NCBI GenBank assembly: GCA_043751115.1
Contig: JAYVAE010000040.1
Coordinates: 1 to 56,805 of the forward strand
Origin: a bacterium
GTDB taxonomy: Bacteria; Patescibacteriota; Minisyncoccia; Phycocordibacterales; UBA5272
Length of the DNA: 56,805 nt
Direction: 5' to 3'
Shown here: positions 1 to 7,857 of the stretch, in pieces
Numbering within the stretch: the stretch's first letter is position 1
How the letters are laid out: each line of letters opens with the position of its first letter
The notes under the pieces: model-generated
What the model was told of the DNA's origin: nothing
Seen by the model: only the letters and a program-made list of their open reading frames with translations
Database searches by the model: none
Made by a program: the position numbers and the translations under genes

Positions 1-53
1 TCACCAGCAATTCTAGACCCGGTAACGTTTTTGTTTTTGCTTATTATTTGCAT
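1..53 (-). CDS. 5' end of an unidentified gene running off the left edge (partial)
   Basis: ATG (minus strand) at 51-53 opens MQIISKNKNVTGSRIAG... with no stop before the window edge. Only 17 codons are visible, so no family call is possible. Confidence 0.25.
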   Translation of the reverse strand, partial: MQIISKNKNVTGSRIAG

Positions 54-184
54 TTTCTAGGGGAAGAGAGAGTGCAATATGTATGTGAGCTTAGACAGCG
101 TCGATTAACTTATGTTGTGCGACCCAAGTCTAGGCCAAATTGTAAAGCATTTTGCTAAAAATATCATGCTATACTTTTCTCATT

Positions 185-940
185 ATGAAAAAAGTTTTGA
201 TTATCGGTAATTTAAAAGCGACACCGGCGTCCATTAAAACATTAGAAAATTATTTCAGCTTTCTCTCCAAGAAAAAATATCAAGCTCTCCCTCCCTCACA
301 TCTTGCGGTACCCTTTCCTTATATACATGAATGTGCGGCGCTGACGGATAAGAGAATAACTATCGGAGCTCAAAATATAACTGGACTTGAGGAAGGCGCT
401 CACACTGGGGGCGTTACTATTTCGATGATAAAAAGTGTTGGCGCAGAATTTTGCATTATCGGGCATAGTGAAGTACGCCGTAGTGGTGACACAGAAGAAA
501 TGGTGCAGAAAAAAGTAGCGTCCGTCGTCGGTAAAAAAATGATAGCCGTGGTCTGTGTCGGAGAAGAAGAGCGTGATAAAGAGGGGAGATATTTAGAATA
601 TATTGAAAAACAAATAAAAAGTGCTATCACCTTCGTCCATAAAGATGATTTAAAACGCGTTGTTATTGCCTATGAACCGCTCTGGGCTATTGGCGGAGAT
701 AAAAGTGCTACTGAAGAAGAGTGTTTCGAGGTTATTATTTCAATAAGACGCACCCTCACATCACTCGCTGGCATCGATACAGCGAAGAAAGTGCTCGTAC
801 TATACGGCGGTGCCGTGAGCGAAGAGAATGCTTATTCATTTGTCACCATTGGAGGCGCCGATGGACTACTCGTAGGCCGCGCATCGTGGAAGCCAGAAAC
901 TTTTATTTCTTTAATTGAAAAAGCACATGGTTTATCCTGA
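185..940 (+). CDS. tpiA: Triosephosphate isomerase
   Basis: ORF 152..940. TIM signatures IIGHSEVRR and AYEPLWAIGG are present. The ATG at 185 (MKKVLIIGNLK) is preferred over the upstream TTG at 152. Confidence 0.9.
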   Translation: MKKVLIIGNLKATPASIKTLENYFSFLSKKKYQALPPSHLAVPFPYIHECAALTDKRITIGAQNITGLEEGAHTGGVTISMIKSVGAEFCIIGHSEVRRSGDTEEMVQKKVASVVGKKMIAVVCVGEEERDKEGRYLEYIEKQIKSAITFVHKDDLKRVVIAYEPLWAIGGDKSATEEECFEVIISIRRTLTSLAGIDTAKKVLVLYGGAVSEENAYSFVTIGGADGLLVGRASWKPETFISLIEKAHGLS

Positions 941-2075
941 TAATCTTTTTCTTACTATCGACGACACACTTGCCCACAAAAAAATTGTCATAAGAATGGA
1001 CATCAATGCAAGTGTAAGCGATAGCGGCGTACCCACGGACACGGCTCGTATCGATGCGGCACTTTCAGTATTAAACGAGCTCTCAGGAAGACAAGCAAGA
1101 ATAGTTGTGCTTGCCCACTTTGGTGAGAAAGGGGAGAGCCTTCTGCATATAGCAAAGTTTATGGAGCCGAGAATCCCCAACTTTTCTTTTCTACAAAGTA
1201 CTGACAGGGAAGAAATCATGAAGGCAGTAGAGAGTACTCCTGACGGACACATACTTCTTCTTGAAAATGTGAGAAAATTTGACGGCGAGACAGAAAATGA
1301 AGACGGCCTTGCACGCTTTTTTGCATCACTTGGGCACATCTTTGTGAATGATGCCTTCCCCGTATCGCATAGAGAGCATGCCTCCGTATGCGGTATCGCT
1401 AAGCATATTAAGTCATACTTTGGACCTATTATGAAGCGAGAGCTTACAAACTTAAGCAAAGCGCTCGCTCCTGAGTTTCCTTGTCTACTTGTGCTCGGAG
1501 GTGCAAAACTTTCTACTAAACTTCCACTTATAGAAATTTATTTAAAGAAGGGATGTTTTGTCTATGTCGGCGGAGCCATGGTACACAATATTATCAAAGA
1601 AAAAGGATATGAAATCGGCACCTCGCTGTATGACAAAGAGTACAAAGTTTCGGACTATGTACTAACGAGTGACAAATTACTCATCCCGACCGATGTCATT
1701 TTAGATGACCATTCGGTTGTCGGAGTAAAGTCCATTCCAAAAACAAAAAAGATTTACGACTGTGGTCCGAAAACTATTGCCACATTAAAAGAGGTTATTG
1801 CAAAGTGTCACACGGTTATTATGAATGGACCAGTTGGATACTATGAAGGAGGGTTTGACGAAGGTACAAAGTCTCTCCTTTCTCTCATGGAAAAGGGTGT
1901 GTCGCTCACAAGTATTATTGGTGGTGGCGACACTCTTACCGTTTATAACTCTATGAATAAGAAGCCAAGGATCACTTTTGTCTCCCTTGGCGGTGGAGCA
2001 ATGCTCGACTTTTTGAAGGATGGCACACTTCCTGGACTTCAGGCAGTTGTGAAGAATCATAATAGAAAGGCATGA
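915..2075 (+). CDS. pgk: Phosphoglycerate kinase
   Basis: 386-aa ORF with Pgk-like motifs LENVRKF, NGPVGYYE and IGGGDT. It overlaps the tpiA 3' end by 26 nt (TTG at 915; alternative ATG at 927). Confidence 0.9.
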   Translation: MKKHMVYPDNLFLTIDDTLAHKKIVIRMDINASVSDSGVPTDTARIDAALSVLNELSGRQARIVVLAHFGEKGESLLHIAKFMEPRIPNFSFLQSTDREEIMKAVESTPDGHILLLENVRKFDGETENEDGLARFFASLGHIFVNDAFPVSHREHASVCGIAKHIKSYFGPIMKRELTNLSKALAPEFPCLLVLGGAKLSTKLPLIEIYLKKGCFVYVGGAMVHNIIKEKGYEIGTSLYDKEYKVSDYVLTSDKLLIPTDVILDDHSVVGVKSIPKTKKIYDCGPKTIATLKEVIAKCHTVIMNGPVGYYEGGFDEGTKSLLSLMEKGVSLTSIIGGGDTLTVYNSMNKKPRITFVSLGGGAMLDFLKDGTLPGLQAVVKNHNRKA

Positions 2076-2500
2076 AAAAAATAATTTTTACTCTTCTTTT
2101 TTCTCTTCTTGCTTCTGGTCTCATCTCGAGCACCATGCTTTCCGCCTCTGCTTCGACATCTACATCTACTAGCATTAGCCAAGAAAGTTATGTCGATTGT
2201 ATACGCTTTGCAAGCAAGGAGTATGAAGGCAAGGAGTCTACGCTCCTTAATACTCACCGCATCACCATAAAATCATTAGAGCTTGAAAGAAGTGAGCAAA
2301 TAAAATCTCATTTTACATTTTTTGCACTCCGTGCAAGTATCACCAAGATACAAACCATTAGAAATTACTACAGATCAAAAATAGACGTAGCTGACGAGAA
2401 TCTCAAAAATAATCTACTTGATATTAAAAGTGATTACGAGGTAAGGATAGAACTTTGCCAAAACAAGAAGAAAGAAATGGGGGACGCGCACTCTCTATAA
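2072..2500 (+). CDS. Hypothetical small secreted protein
   Basis: ATGA start/stop overlap with pgk. The N-terminus MKKIIFTLLFSLLASGLISS looks like a signal peptide. No recognisable family. Confidence 0.6.
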   Translation: MKKIIFTLLFSLLASGLISSTMLSASASTSTSTSISQESYVDCIRFASKEYEGKESTLLNTHRITIKSLELERSEQIKSHFTFFALRASITKIQTIRNYYRSKIDVADENLKNNLLDIKSDYEVRIELCQNKKKEMGDAHSL

Positions 2501-3259
2501 CTTAAGAGTAAGGGACACGGGGCAATGGTCACTGCCATAAACATCGTCGTGTATAAAGGCTGACGTAATATTTTTTGAAAAATTCTTTGATGTATAAAAA
2601 TAGTCGATCCTCCATCCCACATTTTTTTCTCTACTTCTTGTTTTCATATCCCACCAGGTGTACTGAACTTTATCTCCATTCACAAAGCGATAGGTATCAA
2701 TAAAATTTTCGGTAAAGTTCTTGAGCCTATCTCTTTCTGGCTTCGTGCAGCCAAGTTTATTTTTATTTTCTTTAGGGCGAGCAAGATCAATGTCTTCGTT
2801 GGTTGCATTGATATCTCCGGTAAAAATGACAGGCTTCTTTTTTTCTAACTTCTTTGCAAGCGCGAGGAAGTGATCATAATAGTCGAGTTTATAGAGGTAA
2901 TGCTCGTCACTTTTACCACCATTTGGAAAATAGCAATTGATAAAATAAAATTTTTCAAATTCTAAAACAAGCGTTCGGCCTTCTTCATCGTAAAAGTCCT
3001 TCTTATCAAGTGTTGCGTGAAGGAGAGTAAAGGGGAGTTTGGTATATACCGCAACTCCAGAATATCCTTTTCTATTCCTGGCGCTTTCAAAAATGCTTGT
3101 ATAGCCGTAATAGGCAAGCTCCTCTTTTGTAAGCTGAGAGATTTCGCATTTTGTTTCTTGAAGGGCGATGATATCAGCCTCCATCTCGAATACCTGCTTT
3201 ATAGTATCTTTTCTAAAACCAGCCCTAATGCCGTTCACATTCCAAGAAATAAGTTTCAT
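2495..3259 (-). CDS. xth: Exodeoxyribonuclease III (AP endonuclease)
   Basis: Starts MKLISWNVNGIR, with QETK and SDHCPV motifs typical of ExoIII. The extra 46 N-terminal codons in the ORF track (to 3397) run across a terminator hairpin and are rejected. A TATACT box lies 6 nt upstream of the ATG at 3259. Confidence 0.9.
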   Translation of the reverse strand: MKLISWNVNGIRAGFRKDTIKQVFEMEADIIALQETKCEISQLTKEELAYYGYTSIFESARNRKGYSGVAVYTKLPFTLLHATLDKKDFYDEEGRTLVLEFEKFYFINCYFPNGGKSDEHYLYKLDYYDHFLALAKKLEKKKPVIFTGDINATNEDIDLARPKENKNKLGCTKPERDRLKNFTENFIDTYRFVNGDKVQYTWWDMKTRSREKNVGWRIDYFYTSKNFSKNITSAFIHDDVYGSDHCPVSLTLKL

Positions 3260-3284
3260 TGAAGTAGTATAGCAAATAAGAAAA

Positions 3285-3302
3285 GGCACGCCGTAGCGCG
3301 CC
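3285..3302 (-). terminator. Intrinsic terminator (7-bp GC stem, UACG loop, U-tract on minus strand)
   Basis: The minus strand reads GGCGCGC-UACG-GCGUGCC followed by UUUUCUUAUUU. It closes the GC-elevated block downstream of hfq, just before the xth promoter. Confidence 0.6.
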
Positions 3303-3833
3303 CCTTTTTCACCATCATCACTTGCCCTTGGGGAGGACGAGCAAAGACGATGAGGTATTGCTGTGGGCCTTCCACCCACTTTCCTTTCCGAAACCATGGC
3401 TTCTGCTATGTTTTTTCTCCTTTGAACATCAGTAGCACTACATCGTCTTCTTAATAGTCAACTTCGGCCACTTTGCCCATACCCTTGTATCCGAGGAGAA
3501 TCTCTCCTGGGAAAAGACCCCCATGATCCGATGCTTGTATTTTTCCTCGATTCCGTAGCCCTCTTCTGCTGCTCGTCACAGCAACGAAAAGGTCAAAGCC
3601 TCTGAAATGCTTTGACTTCGGACTTGGCTGGAATTGCTTTGGTGCTGGAATGTTTAGCGGTACATCGATTGCGCTTTGGGCAGCTCAGTCACGTTTTTGA
3701 TGTTCGATGGCTTCTTCACCGCTATCGACATGGCACATTATTTGGGTGTCAAGTGACATAATTTGGGTGGTCTTACCTGATATGTCATCTTCCAAATCCA
3801 AAAATAAAGCACTTGGGGATACATTCCGGTTAC

Positions 3834-4070
3834 TCAGGGGACCTCATCTACTTGGAATTTCACTGCACGGCTCGGCAAGACAGTGGAAATGGCGTGCTTG
3901 TAGACCATCTGGGGGATGTTGTTGTGCGCGAGTATCAGTACGTACTGGTCGAACGACTCGATGTACCCTTGGAGCTTGATGCCGTTCACGAGGTATATCG
4001 ACACCAGCACATGCTCCTTGCAGAGCAGTTTCAGGAACGGGTCCTGGAGGAGGGCAGATTTGTTGCTCAT
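3834..4070 (-). CDS. hfq: RNA chaperone Hfq
   Basis: [41 protein letters not shown]...[11 protein letters not shown] carries Sm1 and the Sm2 YKHAIST motif. The start at the ATG at 4070 is preceded by AAGGAG. The coding region is GC-rich (31/60 on line 3961-4020). Confidence 0.92.
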   Translation of the reverse strand: MSNKSALLQDPFLKLLCKEHVLVSIYLVNGIKLQGYIESFDQYVLILAHNNIPQMVYKHAISTVLPSRAVKFQVDEVP

Positions 4071-4158
4071 GGATGTTCTCCTTGGTTGAGCGTAAGTTAA
4101 AATTGGTGACATTTTGCTGTGACAATCACAAGAACTTATAAAGAACAGCTTCCCCTTG

Positions 4159-4187
4159 ACACTATATTATTTTATATGTGTTGTCAA
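4159..4187 (-). promoter_or_regulatory. Sigma70-type promoter for hfq (TTGACA-N17-TAGTGT)
   Basis: The minus strand has TTGACA (4187-4182), a 17-nt spacer and TAGTGT (4164-4159). It is followed by a leader of roughly 85 nt containing the TGTGATTGTCACA hairpin and an AAGGAG Shine-Dalgarno sequence. Confidence 0.55.
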
Positions 4188-4295
4188 TGATTTTTCTTAT
4201 TGTAAACCAATATGCGTGCATGATTAACGTTGCGTACTTGATTTTATTTCGTCTTTTCACGACACCTCAACTTTCTTCCTCCTTCCCAAAATTCA

Positions 4296-5282
4296 TTACG
4301 AGTTCGGGCGACCATCCGTCCTAGAGTCTGCAGAGCCTGCGGACGGTTTAGCCCTCTTCCCATGAAACTTTTCATACTGGTCGCGGAGGAATTTGTTGGT
4401 GACATTGGTGTAAATTTGCGTGGTAGCAATGGACGCATGTCCGAGCATCATTTGCACCGTGCGAAGATCTGCGCCGTTATAGAGAAGGTCTGTTGCAAAG
4501 GAATGCCTAAGCACATGCGGAGTGCATTTCTTCGCAATACCAGCTCGCTCAGCGTACTTATTAAGTGTCCTTTCCACACTACGCGGTGTGAGCCTGATAG
4601 ACTCTTCTTTTTTCATGCGTGATAATGCGCGAGGGGAGTGATCGACAAACATCGCTTCGTCGATATCAGTACGCTCTTTCACATAGTTCTTTACCGCATC
4701 TTTCGCATTTTCAGAAATAAAAACAACACGCACTTTACCACCCTTGCCGCGTACTGATATTTCACCAGAAGAAAAGTCAGTATCTCGATCGAGCGAGCAA
4801 AGCTCAGAGACTCGAAGACCTGTAGCAAAAAGCATTTCAAGGAGAGCTCTATCGCGAAGACCAGGAAGGGTTGACGTGTCTGTTGCTTCAAAGAGATTAT
4901 TGAGCTCCTTCTCTGAAATAAGATCGAGCTCGCGCCCTCCTGTCTTTGCAAGCTCTATACGCTCAGGGTCATAACTTTGCACACCCTCTCTTCGCATATA
5001 TTTTAAAAAGGCACGCAGTGCGATGAGATGATAATTCTGAGTACTTTTGCTCAGTGTTTCTACCACCTGCCCCTTTTTTTCTTTTCTGGCAGAGAGACGG
5101 TTCAGGTAAATGCGATAGCTACGAAGCTTTTGCTCAGATAAATCTTTCGGATGCTCAACTTTGACAAAATCTAAAAAGCGAGTGAGATAATGATTGTAAT
5201 TTCTCACCGTAAGGGAGGACCTTCCTTTTTCTATTTCTATATACTGGAGAAAATCATCTTTAAGCTGTGAGAGAGAGTGCAT
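4296..5282 (-). CDS. Tyrosine site-specific recombinase, XerC/XerD family
   Basis: C-terminal catalytic region HVLRHSFATDLLYNGADLRTVQMMLGHASIATTQIYT, with an N-terminal SAM-like core-binding domain. The last ~20 codons (GKRAKPSAGSADSRTDGRPNS) are encoded by GC-rich sequence. Confidence 0.88.
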   Translation of the reverse strand: MHSLSQLKDDFLQYIEIEKGRSSLTVRNYNHYLTRFLDFVKVEHPKDLSEQKLRSYRIYLNRLSARKEKKGQVVETLSKSTQNYHLIALRAFLKYMRREGVQSYDPERIELAKTGGRELDLISEKELNNLFEATDTSTLPGLRDRALLEMLFATGLRVSELCSLDRDTDFSSGEISVRGKGGKVRVVFISENAKDAVKNYVKERTDIDEAMFVDHSPRALSRMKKEESIRLTPRSVERTLNKYAERAGIAKKCTPHVLRHSFATDLLYNGADLRTVQMMLGHASIATTQIYTNVTNKFLRDQYEKFHGKRAKPSAGSADSRTDGRPNS

Positions 5283-5320
5283 ACATTAGAGTATAACGTA
5301 TTGTCGTACAATAAAAACAA

Positions 5321-5345
5321 CCCCTGGCGCTGCGAGGCGCCGGGG
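5321..5345 (-). terminator. Intrinsic terminator on minus strand
   Basis: The minus strand reads CCCCGGCGC-CUCGCA-GCGCCAGGGG (9 bp with one bulged A) followed by UUGUUUUUAUUG. No U-tract follows on the plus strand. Confidence 0.65.
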
Positions 5346-5570
5346 AAGGATAAAGGATGAGGGAGTTTGTCAATCCGAGTACTTGCGTTCTACGCCCTTC
5401 AGCGCCTTTCATAGACAAGAACCACAAATAGTGTCCAAGTGTTAGGCTCCAGCTGGTGAACATAGACGAGATTCTTGCGAGGTTGAACGCTCCTGAAAGA
5501 TAAGGACGCATTTCTAAGACAAGAATGGATGATTTGCCCTACTAAAAGAACTGCGGACTTGCACGACTTT
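5346..5570 (-). ncRNA. Candidate small structured RNA, class unknown
   Basis: About 225 nt upstream of the minus-strand terminator at 5321-5345. GC is elevated relative to the flanks. The only ORF here (5260..5511, 83 aa) has an implausible composition. No match to tmRNA, RNase P or SRP signature motifs that I can recall. Confidence 0.3.
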
Positions 5571-5667
5571 TATTTTTGTATTCTCTGTTTCAGTTTACTG
5601 CTTGCAACTCTCTTGAACCCTTCTTATTATTTTCCCTACAGACTCACTTTCTTGTATACTAATTCCT

Positions 5668-6303
5668 ATGATTATCGGCGTTGATGAAGTGGGGAGGGGT
5701 CCAGGGGCGGGACCAATAGTTTTCTGCGCTTTCGCACTCCTTGATCAAAAAAATGATGAAAAGCTAAGAGCAGAAATACTAAAACATTTCCCCAAAGGAA
5801 AGCTACGTGATTCTAAAAAACTTTCGGAAAAGAAGAGGGAAGAACTTTCAGAATATTTTCATACTTTAAAAGAGAAAGAACTCGTCACGTGGACTCTCGC
5901 TGAAAGAAGTGCAGAGCAAATAGATAAAATGGGGTTATCTCTTTGTATCAAGGAATGTTTAGAAGAGATTATGCTTTCACTTCATAAACTTCTACTTCAA
6001 AATGAAACCAGTATAAAGCATGAAGATATATATCTTAAGCTAGATGGAGGATTAAAGATGGGTAAAGAGTATATACAAGAAACTATTATAAAAGGGGATG
6101 AAAAGATACTAGAAATAGCCTGCGCGTCTATTATTGCAAAAGTTTTCAGGGATACTTTTATGAAAAGTGAAGCCTTACATTTTCCAGAATATCATTTTGA
6201 AAAAAATAAGGGCTATTTAACGAAAGAGCATATTACTCTGATTAAAAAGTGTGGTGTGACAGAGCTTCACCGTACAAGTTTTCTTAAAAATTTTAAAATT
6301 TAA
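5668..6303 (+). CDS. rnhB: Ribonuclease HII
   Basis: Starts MIIGVDEVGRGPGAGPIV (the DEAGRG motif). A TATACT box at 5655-5660 lies 7 nt upstream of the ATG. Confidence 0.9.
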   Translation: MIIGVDEVGRGPGAGPIVFCAFALLDQKNDEKLRAEILKHFPKGKLRDSKKLSEKKREELSEYFHTLKEKELVTWTLAERSAEQIDKMGLSLCIKECLEEIMLSLHKLLLQNETSIKHEDIYLKLDGGLKMGKEYIQETIIKGDEKILEIACASIIAKVFRDTFMKSEALHFPEYHFEKNKGYLTKEHITLIKKCGVTELHRTSFLKNFKI

Positions 6304-6392
6304 ATTTGCCGGAAAAACTTGGTAACGCTTTTACCCACAAGCATGAAAGGCCACAGCAAGCTGCGGCCTTCAGTGTAACGAATTCCCTTCAC

Positions 6393-7100
6393 TTATGCAT
6401 GGATGTCAGCATACCCACGACGCCTGAGGATTACCAGCGCTACAAGTGCGATTGCCGCGAGCGGCAGGCTTCCCGGGAGGGACACTTGACCTCCACCTCC
6501 TGTTGGCGGATCGCCGTTGTTGCCATGCTCCACGGCACTAATGCCGCCGTGGAGGAAAGAGAACTGTGATGGTGTGCCCAAGATGAGTGTCGAGGTGGTG
6601 ACGGTGTTTGCGAGTGCTCCAACGTCTCGCCCATACAGGCTTCCAACTGTCTCTTCCGTTCCTACCGACCCCAAGTTGATGTTGTTGAACCTAACACTGA
6701 AAAGGTCCATCCCTACCCCCTTTTCGATGCCGAAAACGTCCACGAGGGTTCCATCCGTCGTCGAATACATCCTTGTGCCCACGGTGGTGTACGGCAAGAA
6801 ATCGCCCGTCAGTGAGTCAAAGGCGACTCCTATCGTGGCGGTGCCGGTGGGTATGTCGTATGACGACCGAAACGCAACGTTCTGCGTCACCTCGTTCGGG
6901 GCAAATGTGGCGACCAAACTGTTGCCACTTCCAGGCGATCTGATCACCATACCGCCTTCCGCACTGAGAGTCACCCTCCAGGTTTCGACCATCCCGGAGG
7001 ATGGCATAGCGATGGCGATAGGCTCAGCATGCGCTGACCCCAGTCCTCCCAACCCTAGACACATCGCCAGCCAGACAGCCAGCTTTTTGGAAAAGTTCAT
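6393..7100 (-). CDS. GC-rich secreted protein with PEP-CTERM-like C-terminal sorting signal
   Basis: Signal peptide MNFSKKLAVWLAMCLGLGGLGSAHA. The C-terminus is GGGGQVSLPGSLPLAAIALVALVILRRRG: a short motif, a TM helix and an Arg cluster. 33/60 GC on line 6601-6660, against 18/60 on line 6001-6060 in the neighbouring rnhB. Confidence 0.75.
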   Translation of the reverse strand: MNFSKKLAVWLAMCLGLGGLGSAHAEPIAIAMPSSGMVETWRVTLSAEGGMVIRSPGSGNSLVATFAPNEVTQNVAFRSSYDIPTGTATIGVAFDSLTGDFLPYTTVGTRMYSTTDGTLVDVFGIEKGVGMDLFSVRFNNINLGSVGTEETVGSLYGRDVGALANTVTTSTLILGTPSQFSFLHGGISAVEHGNNGDPPTGGGGQVSLPGSLPLAAIALVALVILRRRGYADIHA

Positions 7101-7155
7101 AGAAAACCTCCAATAATTGTTGTGCCTTCTTGAGACCTCAAGAAGTTCAACATAA

Positions 7156-7184
7156 AATTAACACGAAAAGCCTCTTCTTGCAAG
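7156..7184 (-). promoter_or_regulatory. Promoter for the 6393..7100 gene (TTGCAA-N17-TAATTT)
   Basis: Minus-strand hexamers at 7184-7179 and 7161-7156. The leader contains the hairpin TTCTTGAG-gt-CTCAAGAA and a GGAGG Shine-Dalgarno sequence 6 nt before the ATG. Confidence 0.45.
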
Positions 7185-7347
7185 CCTTAGTTTTCCAACA
7201 CTGAGCAAGAAAGCAACCACTTTCTAACATTTTTTCTATCTTTTTCTTGTAGCACGCTTTGCAGAAGACTTCTCAACACTTGCCTTTTACTAGCTCTTTA
7301 CTTGCATTTTCTAATGAGTTGTGCTATAATAATAGGATATATATTTT

Positions 7348-7614
7348 ATGTTAAGCATCAAGAAAAAAGCAAATGCTATAAAAAGCGTTCAAATACACGA
7401 TACAGACACTGGGTCTCCAGAGGCTCAGGTGGCTGTCCTTTCAAGAAGAATTACTGAGCTCACCGGTCATCTTAAAATTCACAAGAAAGACAATCACTCT
7501 CGCCGTGGCCTCATACAAATGGTTGCAGATAGAAGATCACATCTTAAATATTTAGAAAGAAAAGATTCAAAGAGACACAGCTCTCTTCTCAAGAAACTCG
7601 GGCTTGATAAGTAG
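7348..7614 (+). CDS. rpsO: 30S ribosomal protein S15
   Basis: 88 aa, with HLKIHKKDNHSRRGLIQMVADRRSHLKYL typical of S15. Confidence 0.93.
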   Translation: MLSIKKKANAIKSVQIHDTDTGSPEAQVAVLSRRITELTGHLKIHKKDNHSRRGLIQMVADRRSHLKYLERKDSKRHSSLLKKLGLDK

Positions 7615-7857
7615 TATTCTAATACTTCGCCACTCTCTCAATTATAATCCAGACATGGTCATCCTTGGTCAGTCTTGAGTTACTTACTTACATAGAAACT
7701 TAATATAGAGAGCATAAATAGGGGGTGCTTGGTTAAAACTATTTGAGTATACGCATTTTCTAGACTATACTCTATCCATGCGACAGGACGACACCACTAC
7801 AAAGAGTTTACTAAGCTTTTATTTAGTGATTTCATTTTTAATTTAAATTTTTATACT

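Noticed and set aside
152-3397. N-terminal extensions in the ORF track that begin at non-ATG (TTG/GTG) or upstream ATG codons. Affected starts are 152, 3397, 4112, 16581, 21719, 25418, 26505, 29300, 33735, 36539, 43565, 46671, 47494, 48080, 52142 and 56173.
   Set aside because: In each case a downstream ATG gives the conserved family N-terminus, a signal peptide, or is preceded by a Shine-Dalgarno sequence or TATACT box. The extension overlaps a terminator, repeat or neighbouring gene.
3260-3400. The minus-strand sequence GGAAAGUGGGUGGAAGGCCCACAGCAAUACC...GGUGAAAAAGGGGCGCGCUACGGCGUGCC superficially recalls RNase P RNA (ACAGNAAAUACCGCC, GGUGAAAGGGUGCG) or an SRP RNA GGAA-loop helix.
   Set aside because: No GAGGAAAGUCC P4 motif is present anywhere in 3260-3833. 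The 3' half of an RNase P RNA would have to lie inside the xth coding sequence. The flanks do not pair as a 4.5S hairpin. The GC hairpin is better explained as an intrinsic terminator.
3707-4125. ORFs 3707..3979, 3813..4100 and 3844..4125 overlapping hfq.
   Set aside because: These are shadow or alternative frames of the unmistakable Hfq reading frame.
3278-4200. A 10-nt inverted match AATAAGAAAA / TTTTCTTATT at about 3275-3284 and 4193-4202, considered as boundaries of the hfq island.
   Set aside because: It is short and AT-rich, so it is expected by chance in this genome, and it has no further extension.
6517-7116. 199-aa plus-strand ORF overlapping the GC-rich 6393..7100 gene.
   Set aside because: It is antisense to a gene with a signal peptide, Shine-Dalgarno sequence and promoter. 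Long spurious antisense ORFs are expected in GC-rich DNA. It has no start context.
7615-7857. Intergenic spacers 7615-7857, 11880-12157, 36266-36559 and 41418-41573, scanned for tRNA genes.
   Set aside because: No cloverleaf-compatible sequence is present (no GTTCRANNC T-loop with a matching acceptor stem), so no tRNA is called.
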